A stretch of 64,000 bases of DNA from assembly GCA_918797485.1 (NCBI GenBank), contig CAKKNE010000001.1, forward strand, positions 992,001 to 1,056,000, in the 5' to 3' direction. A program made the translations under genes and the position numbers. This document shows, piece after piece, positions 50,872-60,370 of this stretch; position 1 is the first letter of the stretch; each line of letters begins with the position of its first letter. The notes beneath the pieces are model-generated. The model saw only the letters and a list, made by a program, of their open reading frames with translations, was not told the origin of the DNA and did no database searches. Origin of the DNA: Pelagomonas calceolata (lineage: Eukaryota).

Positions 50872-52392
50872 TTAAACATCACTAGTGAGGAGGGGCTCCG
50901 CGAGCGCGCCCGTGCCTTCGGCGAGGCGGCCTGAGGCTTCCTGAACTTGCTTCTCCCAATCTAAAGACCGCAAGGCGAGCAACTGGAGGACGAACGACGT
51001 CGCGAGGCCGAGCGCACAACAGCACAACAGGACCGGAGCCGCACTTTGATCTAAATCTAAACCAAAGAGCAAGCCAAGCGCCACCGGGGCTGCGACGCCG
51101 TACCACCCGATGAGGTTCGACATAGCTATCCGCTGGGGCGCGCCGGCGCCCGACAGCGTGCCCTGTATACAGACGTTCTGCGCGTCGAAGAAGACAAGCA
51201 ATGCGAGGGCCGGCACGCATCGACTCGTCAAGTCCACGACGTCCGAATCGTGCGAGTAGAGGCGCGCGATCAAAGGTCGCGCCACGATCAAGCCGGCGGC
51301 AGTGATCGCGGCGGCGCAGAACGCGGCCAAAACGCCGAGTCGAGCGGCGCGCTTGGCGCCCTTGGGATCGCCCGCGCCGACCTGGGCGCCCACGGCGACT
51401 GATGTTGCGACCATCGCACCCAACCAACACATCTCCAGCACCGTCTGAATATTGAGCGCACAAGTAACAGCAGCAAGCACGGCCGGCGACCGCCGCGTCC
51501 CGGCCAGCGCAATCACAAATTCCATGGACCACCACTCCAGAAGACTCGCGACCAACCCCGGCAGCGACAGCCCGAGGAACTCGCGGACACCTCTACGATC
51601 AAAAACCTCGCCGATCGACCGCGGCCGGAAGACGTGGCCCAATCCGACATAGAGGCAGTACGGTATTTGTAGAAGGAGGTATTGATTGTTCGTGATGGAG
51701 GAGGCCCACGCCGCGCCCACGAAGCCCAGACCGTGGCGGTAGACGAGGAAATTCTGCCACGCGGGGGCGGTCGCGAAGACCGTAGCGCAGATCGCCAGAT
51801 TCGCGAAAACGTGGCCCTCCGCGGTCATGACGCGCTGCACGATGGTCATGCACGGGATGCCGAAGAGGGCAGGTAATAAAGCGAGGCCGTAGCGTTGCGC
51901 GCGCTTCGCTAGCTGTTTTGGTTGGCCGAGGACATGTATTAAAACTGCATCGGCGAAGTAGATGCCGATGATACCTATAATGGCGGCGAGGGCGACGATG
52001 GCCAATGCCCGCTGCGCGTAGAGGCCGTGCAGTTCTTTCCCTTTCCTCGCGCCGGCGGCCTGGGGGCAGAGCGTCCTTAATGCTGATATCAGACCATAGC
52101 TCGTGGAGAAGCAGCTGATGTTGAAATAGGACCGGCCGAGGCCTACCGCGTCCAGGTCGTCGGCGTCGCCGCGGCGGCCGATGAAGTACAACGCCACGGA
52201 GACCGGCAGGTACTCGGCGAGGTTCGCGAGGGCCGTCGGGATGGCGATGCGGAGGAGCGCGCGGAGGCCGCCTTTCGCATCACTGCTTGCTGCTGCAGCA
52301 GTGTCAGTCTCTGGTGGCGGCCTTGCTGCTGCAGCAGTGTCAGGTGGCGGCTCAGCATCGCTGCAATTGGCTTCGCTGGCGGTCGTAGCCAT
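50872..52392 (-). CDS. MATE efflux transporter
   Basis: LRTLCPQAAGA, LEWWSME, VGAQVGAG...AK; about 12 hydrophobic segments. Confidence 0.9.
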   Translation of the reverse strand: MATTASEANCSDAEPPPDTAAAARPPPETDTAAAASSDAKGGLRALLRIAIPTALANLAEYLPVSVALYFIGRRGDADDLDAVGLGRSYFNISCFSTSYGLISALRTLCPQAAGARKGKELHGLYAQRALAIVALAAIIGIIGIYFADAVLIHVLGQPKQLAKRAQRYGLALLPALFGIPCMTIVQRVMTAEGHVFANLAICATVFATAPAWQNFLVYRHGLGFVGAAWASSITNNQYLLLQIPYCLYVGLGHVFRPRSIGEVFDRRGVREFLGLSLPGLVASLLEWWSMEFVIALAGTRRSPAVLAAVTCALNIQTVLEMCWLGAMVATSVAVGAQVGAGDPKGAKRAARLGVLAAFCAAAITAAGLIVARPLIARLYSHDSDVVDLTSRCVPALALLVFFDAQNVCIQGTLSGAGAPQRIAMSNLIGWYGVAAPVALGLLFGLDLDQSAAPVLLCCCALGLATSFVLQLLALRSLDWEKQVQEASGRLAEGTGALAEPLLTSDV

Positions 52393-52781
52393 TATTGAGC
52401 TGTTGTTTCCAGTCGTGCGATGATCCTTACTGCAATCGTGTGACTTACACAGCGTGGCTAAAGCGAGCTTGCATTTTCCTAGTGTAAGGACGCTAGATAA
52501 TCCGCGGAGCTGGCATCCCAGGCTTCGTCCCCGCTCACGCGCCAACCACAACAGAAAAAAGTTCCGGACTGGTTGGAGAATCTCACAGAGCTGCCAACAC
52601 GGCGTCAACGAACTTTGCATCAGCAGGCGTGCGCCTCGGACACGACGTAACCCATACCACCTGCTTCGAAGGTGGCCACAACGCTGTTCGTCGCTGGAAG
52701 AACGGCTCTAGATCCACACTGGTCACGAAGGTGGCCACGCCAGCGACGAACCGCTCTAGATCCACACTAAACTAAGCAACA

Positions 52782-53555
52782 ATGACGCCGACGCGCCACC
52801 AAGCGCTCCTCGCCGTCCTAGCGGCCGCCACCGCCCTGTCACCAACACGCCGCGCCGCGCTTAAAGCAAAAAAAGAAGTTCCTGTCTTCGACGCGAACGC
52901 CTACAAGAGGAAGTACTACGCGAATTTTGCCGAGGCCAAATGGCGCCAGCGAAACGAGCTAGCAACAGCGACGACGCGCCAGGCCGTCATTCCGGAGCCG
53001 GTGGAGCGGCCGCAGCTCGGCGACCTCTTCGCGATGGACCCGAACGTCGAGGAGCCCGTCGGCTGGCGCGACCTCTTCGTCACGAAAACGGTGCCCATCA
53101 AGTACCGCAAGCGCCAGGAGCTGAAGCGCGCCTTCTACAAGGCGGCGGAGCGCGAGCACGGCCGCGCGGCGTTATTGGGCGCCGCGTTCATCTCGAGCGT
53201 GGCGTGGGACGCGCGCCTCGGTCCGCTCGTGCTGTTTGCGCGCTGCGGCTGCCCGCAAGCTTTAAATCAGTTCGCGGAGGGCGCGCCGAATGTGTTAATA
53301 GAGGGCCCGCTCGCGGCGATGAGCCTCGCGTATCTCGTGAGGGAGCTGCACCGGTCCTTCAACCCCGTCGGTGTCGAAATGCGGGACCTCGACGCCTCGC
53401 AGCAGAAGGCGCGCGGTTTATCTCTTAGGGCGGAGCTCTTCCAGGGCCGCGTCGCGATGCTGGGCACGGCGGCGGTCGTGCTCCTCGCGGGGCCGCAGCA
53501 CACTGTGAGCGAGGCCGTCGGCGACGTCGTGGACGCCGTCGTGGGCACGCTCTGA
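52782..53555 (+). CDS. Light-harvesting-complex-like protein (divergent)
   Basis: AEREHGRAALLG and AELFQGRVAMLG resemble the ExxHGRxAM chlorophyll-binding helices. Confidence 0.72.
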   Translation: MTPTRHQALLAVLAAATALSPTRRAALKAKKEVPVFDANAYKRKYYANFAEAKWRQRNELATATTRQAVIPEPVERPQLGDLFAMDPNVEEPVGWRDLFVTKTVPIKYRKRQELKRAFYKAAEREHGRAALLGAAFISSVAWDARLGPLVLFARCGCPQALNQFAEGAPNVLIEGPLAAMSLAYLVRELHRSFNPVGVEMRDLDASQQKARGLSLRAELFQGRVAMLGTAAVVLLAGPQHTVSEAVGDVVDAVVGTL

Positions 53556-53639
53556 TCATTTTCGTTCATACTCCAATTCGTGACGGATATAAGCTCCCTT
53601 TTGTGTTAGACAGTCTTCTTACACAGACACGACGGGGGC

Positions 53640-54503
53640 TCACGCGTAGGGCCAGAGCGGGCGGCTCGCGCTGGACCCGGTGTAGGCGCGCTCTGCGGCC
53701 GGTAGTTGTTGGAGCGCCTCGCGCGGCGACACGCCGACGACGTCGGGCATCTGCTTGGTCGCGAGGTACGCCTCGACGTTCGCGGGGCTCTCGGACCATC
53801 TAGCGGACTCGCGCGCGAAGGGCGGCGCAAGCCGCTCGTAGACGCTCACGAAGTGCCCGATGAACCGCACGTAGTAGTCCATGAAGGCCGGATGCTCCGC
53901 AAATAAGCCAGTCTCGCGCGCCGCCCAGAAATGCAGGCGCATCCACACTCTGCAGTCGTCCAGCCTGCGCGGAGGCCCAATATTTGAGCGATCGAACAAT
54001 AGTTGATTTGGACGCCGCATTCACTTAAAATGCTCACCCCATACCTGGGGATCACGCTTCGGACTGTGCCAGGCGGCGAAGTGAGCCGAGGAGCGGTCGT
54101 GCGCGGACATGAAATCCTGGCCGTGGGCCGAGAACGGGCACATCTTTCTCGTCCGACGCTCGGCCGTCCACACGTTGCCGCCGCCGAGCTTCTCGAAGAT
54201 CCAAGCGGCGAAGCGTTTCGCGTGCGGTTCCCCATGATCTCGGATAAACGCGTCGAGCTTGGGATCCTCGAAGGCCTTCTCGTAGAAGCGCGTCGTGAAG
54301 GCCTCGAGCTTGGCGAGCCCGACAATCTCGACGAGGCGGCGCGTCGCCGCGTTGGCCGCGTGCGCTTGACGGACGACGTTCAGCGGCACGCGTTGCATCG
54401 GCGGCGCCGCTGCGACGGGCGTGGCCGCGACGCGGCGCTCCGCGACAATGTCCGGGTCGAGGCGCATGCGCTGCAGGGCGGCGGCGGTCTTGGCGGATGC
54501 CAT
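53640..54503 (-). CDS. Truncated (2/2) globin-like protein; exons 54503-54025, 53964-53640
   Basis: FTTRFYEKAF.D..L..F, EKLGGG..W; 60-nt GT-AG intron joins GEHFK-LDDCRVWM. Confidence 0.78.
53965..54024 (-). other. 60-nt intron with family-B-like ends
   Basis: GTGAATGCGGCGTCC...CTCCGCGCAG; contains an in-frame stop, so it must be spliced. Confidence 0.7.
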
Positions 54504-54849
54504 GCTTGCTGTAAATAAAATTGCTTCGCGGGGTGCGCCGAGCACAGCTGATTTGCGCAGCGCTTGTATTTTTTGACAGCTCCAAAGACGCCGCAGACGT
54601 GTCAGTTTGCTCTGTTATCTCTCGGAGTGAGTGAGCACTATATGCGCGTGCCTTCGCACAACTTAAGCCTTGGCTATTTATGCGGTTCTTCGAGCTACGA
54701 GCTACAACTCGAAGACCGATGCCAAGGCCGAGCTCGGCTCTGGCGCGAGATCCGCGGGTTCCGAGACGTCCCGGGAAGCACCCAGTCCCCAAGACAAGAT
54801 TCTTCTGAGCGGCAACGGCCTCGATTGTTTCACGAAACCCCGCACCAAT

Positions 54850-54893
54850 TATCGCAACGCGCCTCCCCGCGACGCGGGAGCTGGGCACAACTA
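54850..54893 (+). repeat. 44-bp direct repeat, copy 1
   Basis: TATCGCAACGCGCCTCCCCGCGACGCGGGAGCTGGGCACAACTA; 42/44 identical to 56156-56199. Confidence 0.85.
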
Positions 54894-54902
54894 CAAGTTA
54901 AA

Positions 54903-55862
54903 TTATGTCACACCCCGCTCACGCAGCAAGCTCCCAATCCCAGCCCTCTCAAAAATCCCGACAGCATCGAACCTCTTGGCGAAGGCCTCGCGTCTGCTCA
55001 AACCGAGTCGTAACCGCTCGGAAGGAGCCATGCGCACGTATTGTTCAAACATGATAGGAATGTCGGCCCGCTCCACAAAGTCGATCAAACCCTTAAACTC
55101 AATTTCATCCTTCCCGTAGCACCTCTCAGAAATGACGAGCCCGCCCGAAGAAAGGAGCTTGGGATTGCGCCAAGTAACAGGATTAGGCACGGATACATTG
55201 CCGCAGTCCTTGTGGAGGTTCAGGAAGATGCCAATGTAATCATTTCCCAAAAAGTCTTCATAATCTCGATCGTTCCAGACATTGTACCGGCTCATCACAT
55301 CAGCACCCATCAGATTTTGGATTTCAGACCAACACGGCCGCCACTTCGCATTACCGAAGAACACCAGTTTCGGGACATCTCCGAACCGTTTTATCAGAGG
55401 TGCTTCCCTTAAAAATGCGATCGGGACGTACCTTAAAATAGGCGCATCACTGCCTCTGCAGTGATCGATGTTGTGCCACGAGAAGTCCCAGACCTCGTCC
55501 ACCTCGTCCTTGGTATATACCAGGGAAGTGACCGGTTCGCTCTGGTAGTATATTCGGTATATACCTCTAGCACCGAGTCCCTTCCAGGGCACCCGCCGGT
55601 TCCTTCCATACCTCCCCTTGCGGCCCCAGCCGAGCCATATCAATATAGAACCTGGCGGGATGGCGTCCCAGTCAAAGTCTCCATCAAATTTGATGTTTAT
55701 TCTCGTCGCGCCGATGCCACGGAGGCCGTTCAATACCGTCGCCCGCAGGGGTGCGTACAAATAGTCGTGGTGCGGCGCGTGCCACACATAAATTTGTTTT
55801 TCTGTGGTGTCCTGTGCCGCGGCGACGACGAGCACCGCGGCGGCGGCAAGTCTTAGCTGCAT
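54903..55862 (-). CDS. Putative glycosyltransferase (GT-B, CgeB/Glyco_trans_1_2-like C-terminus)
   Basis: Signal peptide; EVWDFS, VFFG, IFLNLH...R.PKLLSSGGLVISE; visibly more AT-rich than neighbours. Confidence 0.65.
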   Translation of the reverse strand: MQLRLAAAAVLVVAAAQDTTEKQIYVWHAPHHDYLYAPLRATVLNGLRGIGATRINIKFDGDFDWDAIPPGSILIWLGWGRKGRYGRNRRVPWKGLGARGIYRIYYQSEPVTSLVYTKDEVDEVWDFSWHNIDHCRGSDAPILRYVPIAFLREAPLIKRFGDVPKLVFFGNAKWRPCWSEIQNLMGADVMSRYNVWNDRDYEDFLGNDYIGIFLNLHKDCGNVSVPNPVTWRNPKLLSSGGLVISERCYGKDEIEFKGLIDFVERADIPIMFEQYVRMAPSERLRLGLSRREAFAKRFDAVGIFERAGIGSLLRERGVT

Positions 55863-56155
55863 GGGAGCTGCATGCTCATCAGTGGGCAGCCCCTTCATGC
55901 CGCCATGGGCAGCTCATTTCTTGGCAAGTGCTTCGCTTCAATTGATGCGAATCAATGCGATGCCGTAGCCAACTGCTCTTGTTTCGCTCTTTACAGGCCA
56001 GGCTGCAGTGCAGCACAGCTGCACAAAATCACATGCCTACGGGTTTTGTGCTATGTGTCCAAGAACAGCCCTCACTCCTCACGCCAGGCGTCTCCGGAGC
56101 GGCCACAGCCCCAAGCGTGGTAACGAAGTACAAAACCTAGAGGGACAACCTAGAG

Positions 56156-56199
56156 TATCGCAACGCGCCTCCTCGCGACGCGGGAGCTGGCCACAACTA
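56156..56199 (+). repeat. 44-bp direct repeat, copy 2
   Basis: TATCGCAACGCGCCTCCTCGCGACGCGGGAGCTGGCCACAACTA. Confidence 0.85.
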
Positions 56200-56279
56200 G
56201 CCAAAGGTTGCAAGGCAAGGCGAGCGGCAGCCCCACAGCCGTCCCTCGCGCCCGCGGCAGGCCGTCGGGCAGCGCAGCC

Positions 56280-59200
56280 ATGTCCTTCAGGGTCACCTGC
56301 GAGATCGTCCAACCTACCGTAGCCGAGGACGCCCCGCCGCCCCCGCCGATCTCATTGAGATACGACTGGCAGGGCGAGGCCGTGGTTTCAAGCGACTGGA
56401 CGGCGGCCGGCCAGGGTGGCGACCCCGGGTCCCAGGCTGCCAGTCGCGCGAGCAGCCGCCCCGCTACAAATGAAGGCAGCCGGCCCGCGACGGCCGATGA
56501 TGAAGAGGAGGAGGACGCGCCCCCCGCTGTACTACCAAGTGGACCGCTCGACCCGCCACCCGATCAGCCATGCTTGGTTTGTGAAAAAACACATTCGATA
56601 GCGACCTCGGACGACGCCCTCGACGCGTTAAACGAAAATCCGGTAGTGTGCTTCATCCTCGGGACGGAAGACGCGCCGTACGCGCAAGTGTTACATGTGG
56701 ACCTGTCCCATTTCTTCGTCGCGGATACTCCTCTCATTGCTGTTCGGTCCACCTCGAACGGTGAAGCCTTCGAGTACGTCGACTCGAGTGACGACGAAGA
56801 CGAGCAGGCGCCGTCCTCGAAACCGGCCGGACCGGCGACGCATCTGTTGCGCTACGTTAGAATCACCGTTTCGCTGGAGAACGCTCCCTTCCTCAACGAC
56901 GAAGCGCGGAAGAAGCACAACCCCCTATCTTTGACGGTAGATAGGGCATTACGATTACCTGGTGTGAGAAGTGACGCTAAACCCCTACAGAAGTACGTGC
57001 AACCGGACCCCCACCAGCTACTCCGAGACGAGTGCAAGGGCGCCTTTTGTGTGGTCAAGCCTCCACTACCCTGTCCACCAATGGCAGGAGAAGACCTCTC
57101 CCGTTCAGAGAGAGCTATTCGCGCGTTAGGACGGGCGTCCGCGTCCGACGCGCGGGGCGCGACGTCGTCCATCACCTGGAACCACACGACAGCGTGGCTG
57201 ACCGGTCAGATCGATCGGGAGACGCTCGAGGAGCTCATGGCCTCTTCACCATTAGGGGTCGAGGTCCACGACCGAGTTTTGAAACCGCCGCCGCCCGACG
57301 AAGATGATGTGACCGAGGAGGACCAGCGGCTCGCGCTGCTCGCGGCGGAGCCGGACTTGAGACTAGATGATTGGTCTGCGTTAGTAGGTGCGCCTCGTCG
57401 TCATTTCGAAGTCGTGGAGAGGGCTGTTAGATCGATAAGTTGGGTCGCGTGCAAACCACCAACACTAGAAAAGAGTGACGGCGACGTCACGCTGGAGGAA
57501 GTCGATCAATTATTCAGACTAGCACTCACAGCATCATGGTGCAAGTGCGGCGACGACCACGCGCACGGCCAGGCCGATATCCGGGTGGATGCGTTACTCG
57601 AGAACTCCGCGGCGTTAGCTAGAGCCTTCGCTCGGAACAATAAGACGAAGCCCGACGCCGTACGACCCCTCGTCGAGAGTTCGGCAGACGTGACCGGCAG
57701 AAAGCGGAGAATAACGCCGAAGGGCGGCGTCGACGATTGGAGGTTAAACGAGGCCCAACGCTTATGTGTCAAGACGGGGATGTACTCCGATGCGAATTCC
57801 GTCGTCGGTGTGTCCGTCGGTCTCCAACGGCCTCTTCGCTCCTTACAGGAGGGCTGCTTTGTGGATGGGTGCTTCTGGGAGGGCACTTTAGGGGACCAGC
57901 CCTTCGCTACACAAAACAGCAAGGGTAAGATCTTCCGAGGGGCCTCCTCAGAAGCTCCATTTGGACGCTTAGCTATCATGTTCCCCTACAAGGACGGCGA
58001 GTTACTTGGCAAACTGTTAGAAGCGATGGATGCCATCAATCATCGTACCTTAAGTAGTACGATGCCCGGCAGTCTCGTCAGTCACCAGTTGTCACCGGAA
58101 GAAGTCGAAGCAGCGGAGTCTGGCGAGCTCGATATCGTCAGTGGTTGGCACGTCATCGACCCGGCCTGCCGAACCATCGTGCTGGAAGGTCTGGCCGATT
58201 CCATAGCAGAGATAGCTGATGCAGTACCTAGAGACGCCATCAATGACGATAGTTACAGATTACTAGCGGACCCGACCGTAAGGTTCACGCAACGAGTCTA
58301 CACGCAGTTCAACGTCGACCTGAAGAAGATTCGGCTGCGAGAACCGTTACCGCTACTGGCGGAGTCGCCAGACATCTATAACCCAGTGAAAGTTGCTACC
58401 GGGGCCTTTACGGCCTTGGATAGATTGGTCCAGTTACGTAGAAGTCCTTCTTTGAGGCAGTTGGCTTTAGATTCAAATGGTGGCTTGCCCCTACCAGAGC
58501 AATTAAGTCAAGTCGAGAGCAAGTTCGGCAAAGCCATTTCCCTGGAGGACATGGACGGCGTCGATCGTAAGGCGCTGACGGTGGATGACACCTTATCGTT
58601 GGAGGAACAATCGCATCATACTGCTAAGAAGATAACACATGAGCGACGGAAGGCGCCGACCGATAGCACAACTCCTTTGCACTTCCTCGAAAGTACGAGG
58701 AACCGGAAGGAGACGGACTGGTTGGAGACGCGTCGACTCGAGAATGCGGAAGCTGCTCAGGTCTATGAAGTGCAAAAAGCTGCGAGATTGAAGAGAATCG
58801 CCGAGGACCCTATTCCCGCGACTTATGTCTATTCGGGCCAGAAACTGCAGTACACGGAGCTCGCCAAAGCGGCACAACGGGAGGAGCTCAGCAAGGTCAA
58901 GAACTGCACCTTCGTGCGCTCGACCAATGACAACTTTTTATCGTTAGTAGTACCCATGGTGGATGAAGGTAAATTGGAAAGGGACCAGAAGCTAGCTTCG
59001 AAACAAAAGTGGATGACGTCCCGAGGCTTCGTCTATCCCGCTCCCAGAGAACCGGGGACCTGGAACCGCCACCCGAAGAACGTGTCTGCGTCGCGAGCGG
59101 AAGAACTCAGGGAGGAGTGGGTCGAGGGCGAATTGTTCCCCGATCCGGAAGGTCGCGAGGACCACCCGGACAAGTGGACGGGCGGGAAGAACTTCGATTC

Positions 59201-59900
59201 GATTCCTGCGTTCGCTCGCGAATTTGGCGGGTATCAATACCCGAAATATGAGAGGGAGTACAACTCCCACGAACTGGGCAACTGGAACCGGTTGCCCAGA
59301 GGTAGGATGGTCGACGGGCACGTGCCTCCCGACGTGTCTATTTATCGACGAGGCACGGACGTGCCGCCGGCTTACGATTCTCGAACGTATTACAAGAGTG
59401 TGCACTTGGAGCCAGATAAAGCCGCAAATGATAAAGCGAGGAAAGATAAATTACACGAGGAGTGGGCTTCCAGAGTTATCGTCGACGACCCGGTCTTTAA
59501 AGTAGGAGGCTTCCTCCAGAAAGATAGACCGGATGCTTGTGATAGAACCAGTGATATATTGAAGGACCCGCCGAAGAAGTACGCTCTCAAACTAGTACGG
59601 AACGCGAAGCTCCCGTCGGGTCGCCGCGTGAAGATGACGCCGGCGCCCTTTTCCATATTTGCCACTGGTGAATTTAAGGAGGAAGAACGCTTCGATCGCA
59701 CTCTACGTAATTATGGAGGGCCCGAGGACTTCCCGAAAGATGCACAGGGCGAGCCGATCGACTTCCAGACTCGAATTCATCGGGACATTATGAGGAGAGC
59801 TTCCGAGAAGATCCTGTGCGGCAAGACGATCACTCCTGTAGAAGCGCATGAGGTGTACGGGGACCCGCGGTGGCATTCCGGGGGGCTGGACCTGGGGTAA
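56280..59900 (+). CDS. Large protein, CFAP92/KIAA1257-like
   Basis: NPLSLTV, LGVEVHDR, DIVSGWHVID, YVYSGQKLQYTELAK and WMTSRGFVYP recall the CFAP92 family; about 1206 aa. Confidence 0.65.
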   Translation: MSFRVTCEIVQPTVAEDAPPPPPISLRYDWQGEAVVSSDWTAAGQGGDPGSQAASRASSRPATNEGSRPATADDEEEEDAPPAVLPSGPLDPPPDQPCLVCEKTHSIATSDDALDALNENPVVCFILGTEDAPYAQVLHVDLSHFFVADTPLIAVRSTSNGEAFEYVDSSDDEDEQAPSSKPAGPATHLLRYVRITVSLENAPFLNDEARKKHNPLSLTVDRALRLPGVRSDAKPLQKYVQPDPHQLLRDECKGAFCVVKPPLPCPPMAGEDLSRSERAIRALGRASASDARGATSSITWNHTTAWLTGQIDRETLEELMASSPLGVEVHDRVLKPPPPDEDDVTEEDQRLALLAAEPDLRLDDWSALVGAPRRHFEVVERAVRSISWVACKPPTLEKSDGDVTLEEVDQLFRLALTASWCKCGDDHAHGQADIRVDALLENSAALARAFARNNKTKPDAVRPLVESSADVTGRKRRITPKGGVDDWRLNEAQRLCVKTGMYSDANSVVGVSVGLQRPLRSLQEGCFVDGCFWEGTLGDQPFATQNSKGKIFRGASSEAPFGRLAIMFPYKDGELLGKLLEAMDAINHRTLSSTMPGSLVSHQLSPEEVEAAESGELDIVSGWHVIDPACRTIVLEGLADSIAEIADAVPRDAINDDSYRLLADPTVRFTQRVYTQFNVDLKKIRLREPLPLLAESPDIYNPVKVATGAFTALDRLVQLRRSPSLRQLALDSNGGLPLPEQLSQVESKFGKAISLEDMDGVDRKALTVDDTLSLEEQSHHTAKKITHERRKAPTDSTTPLHFLESTRNRKETDWLETRRLENAEAAQVYEVQKAARLKRIAEDPIPATYVYSGQKLQYTELAKAAQREELSKVKNCTFVRSTNDNFLSLVVPMVDEGKLERDQKLASKQKWMTSRGFVYPAPREPGTWNRHPKNVSASRAEELREEWVEGELFPDPEGREDHPDKWTGGKNFDSIPAFAREFGGYQYPKYEREYNSHELGNWNRLPRGRMVDGHVPPDVSIYRRGTDVPPAYDSRTYYKSVHLEPDKAANDKARKDKLHEEWASRVIVDDPVFKVGGFLQKDRPDACDRTSDILKDPPKKYALKLVRNAKLPSGRRVKMTPAPFSIFATGEFKEEERFDRTLRNYGGPEDFPKDAQGEPIDFQTRIHRDIMRRASEKILCGKTITPVEAHEVYGDPRWHSGGLDLG

Positions 59901-59915
59901 GGCTCTAGCTTACTT

Positions 59916-60326
59916 GTCGCGTCGATGGCGTGTGTACTAGGATTTAGGCACTCCCCGGCGGCGTCTCGCGGGCGCGGAGCGCGGCTCGCGCATCTCGCAG
60001 GTTTTTCTCAAGCCCAATTGTGTCCGGGTGCGCGCCGCCAAGCACGCGCCGCGCGGTTCGTTCCGACTCCTCGAGCGTCGTCACGGCCTCATTGAGATCG
60101 TCGAGCGTGGCGGCGTCGTCCCTGTAGAGCGCCACCGCGTAAGCCCAGCTCAACACGAGCATGAGACCATGATTCTCTCCGAGAACGCGTCGCGCCACGG
60201 GCATCGTTTTGCGCATCAGTGCCTTTGCGGATGACCTGCGAGACGCGCGAGCCGCGCTCCGCGCCAGCGAGACGCCGTCGGGGAGTGCTAATCTTAGCAA
60301 GAGAGTACATAGGGCATCGACGCGAC
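59916..60326. pseudogene. Head-to-head pair of 3' fragments of a kinesin-light-chain/TPR-like family forming a ~90-bp inverted repeat
   Basis: Minus strand: ...ARRVLGENH...LDDLNEAVTTLEE..RTARRVLGGAHP...LRDARAALRARETPPGSA*. Plus strand from ~60232: DLRDARAALRASETPSGSA. Arms 59916-60002 and 60234-60326. Confidence 0.7.
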
Positions 60327-60370
60327 GCCGCCATCGTAGTTAGTTTGTAAGACATACCAAACACAATTAC

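Noticed and set aside
52286..52343. Tandem duplication in the MATE N-terminus (DTAAAA twice)
   Set aside because: This is an ordinary in-frame low-complexity repeat.
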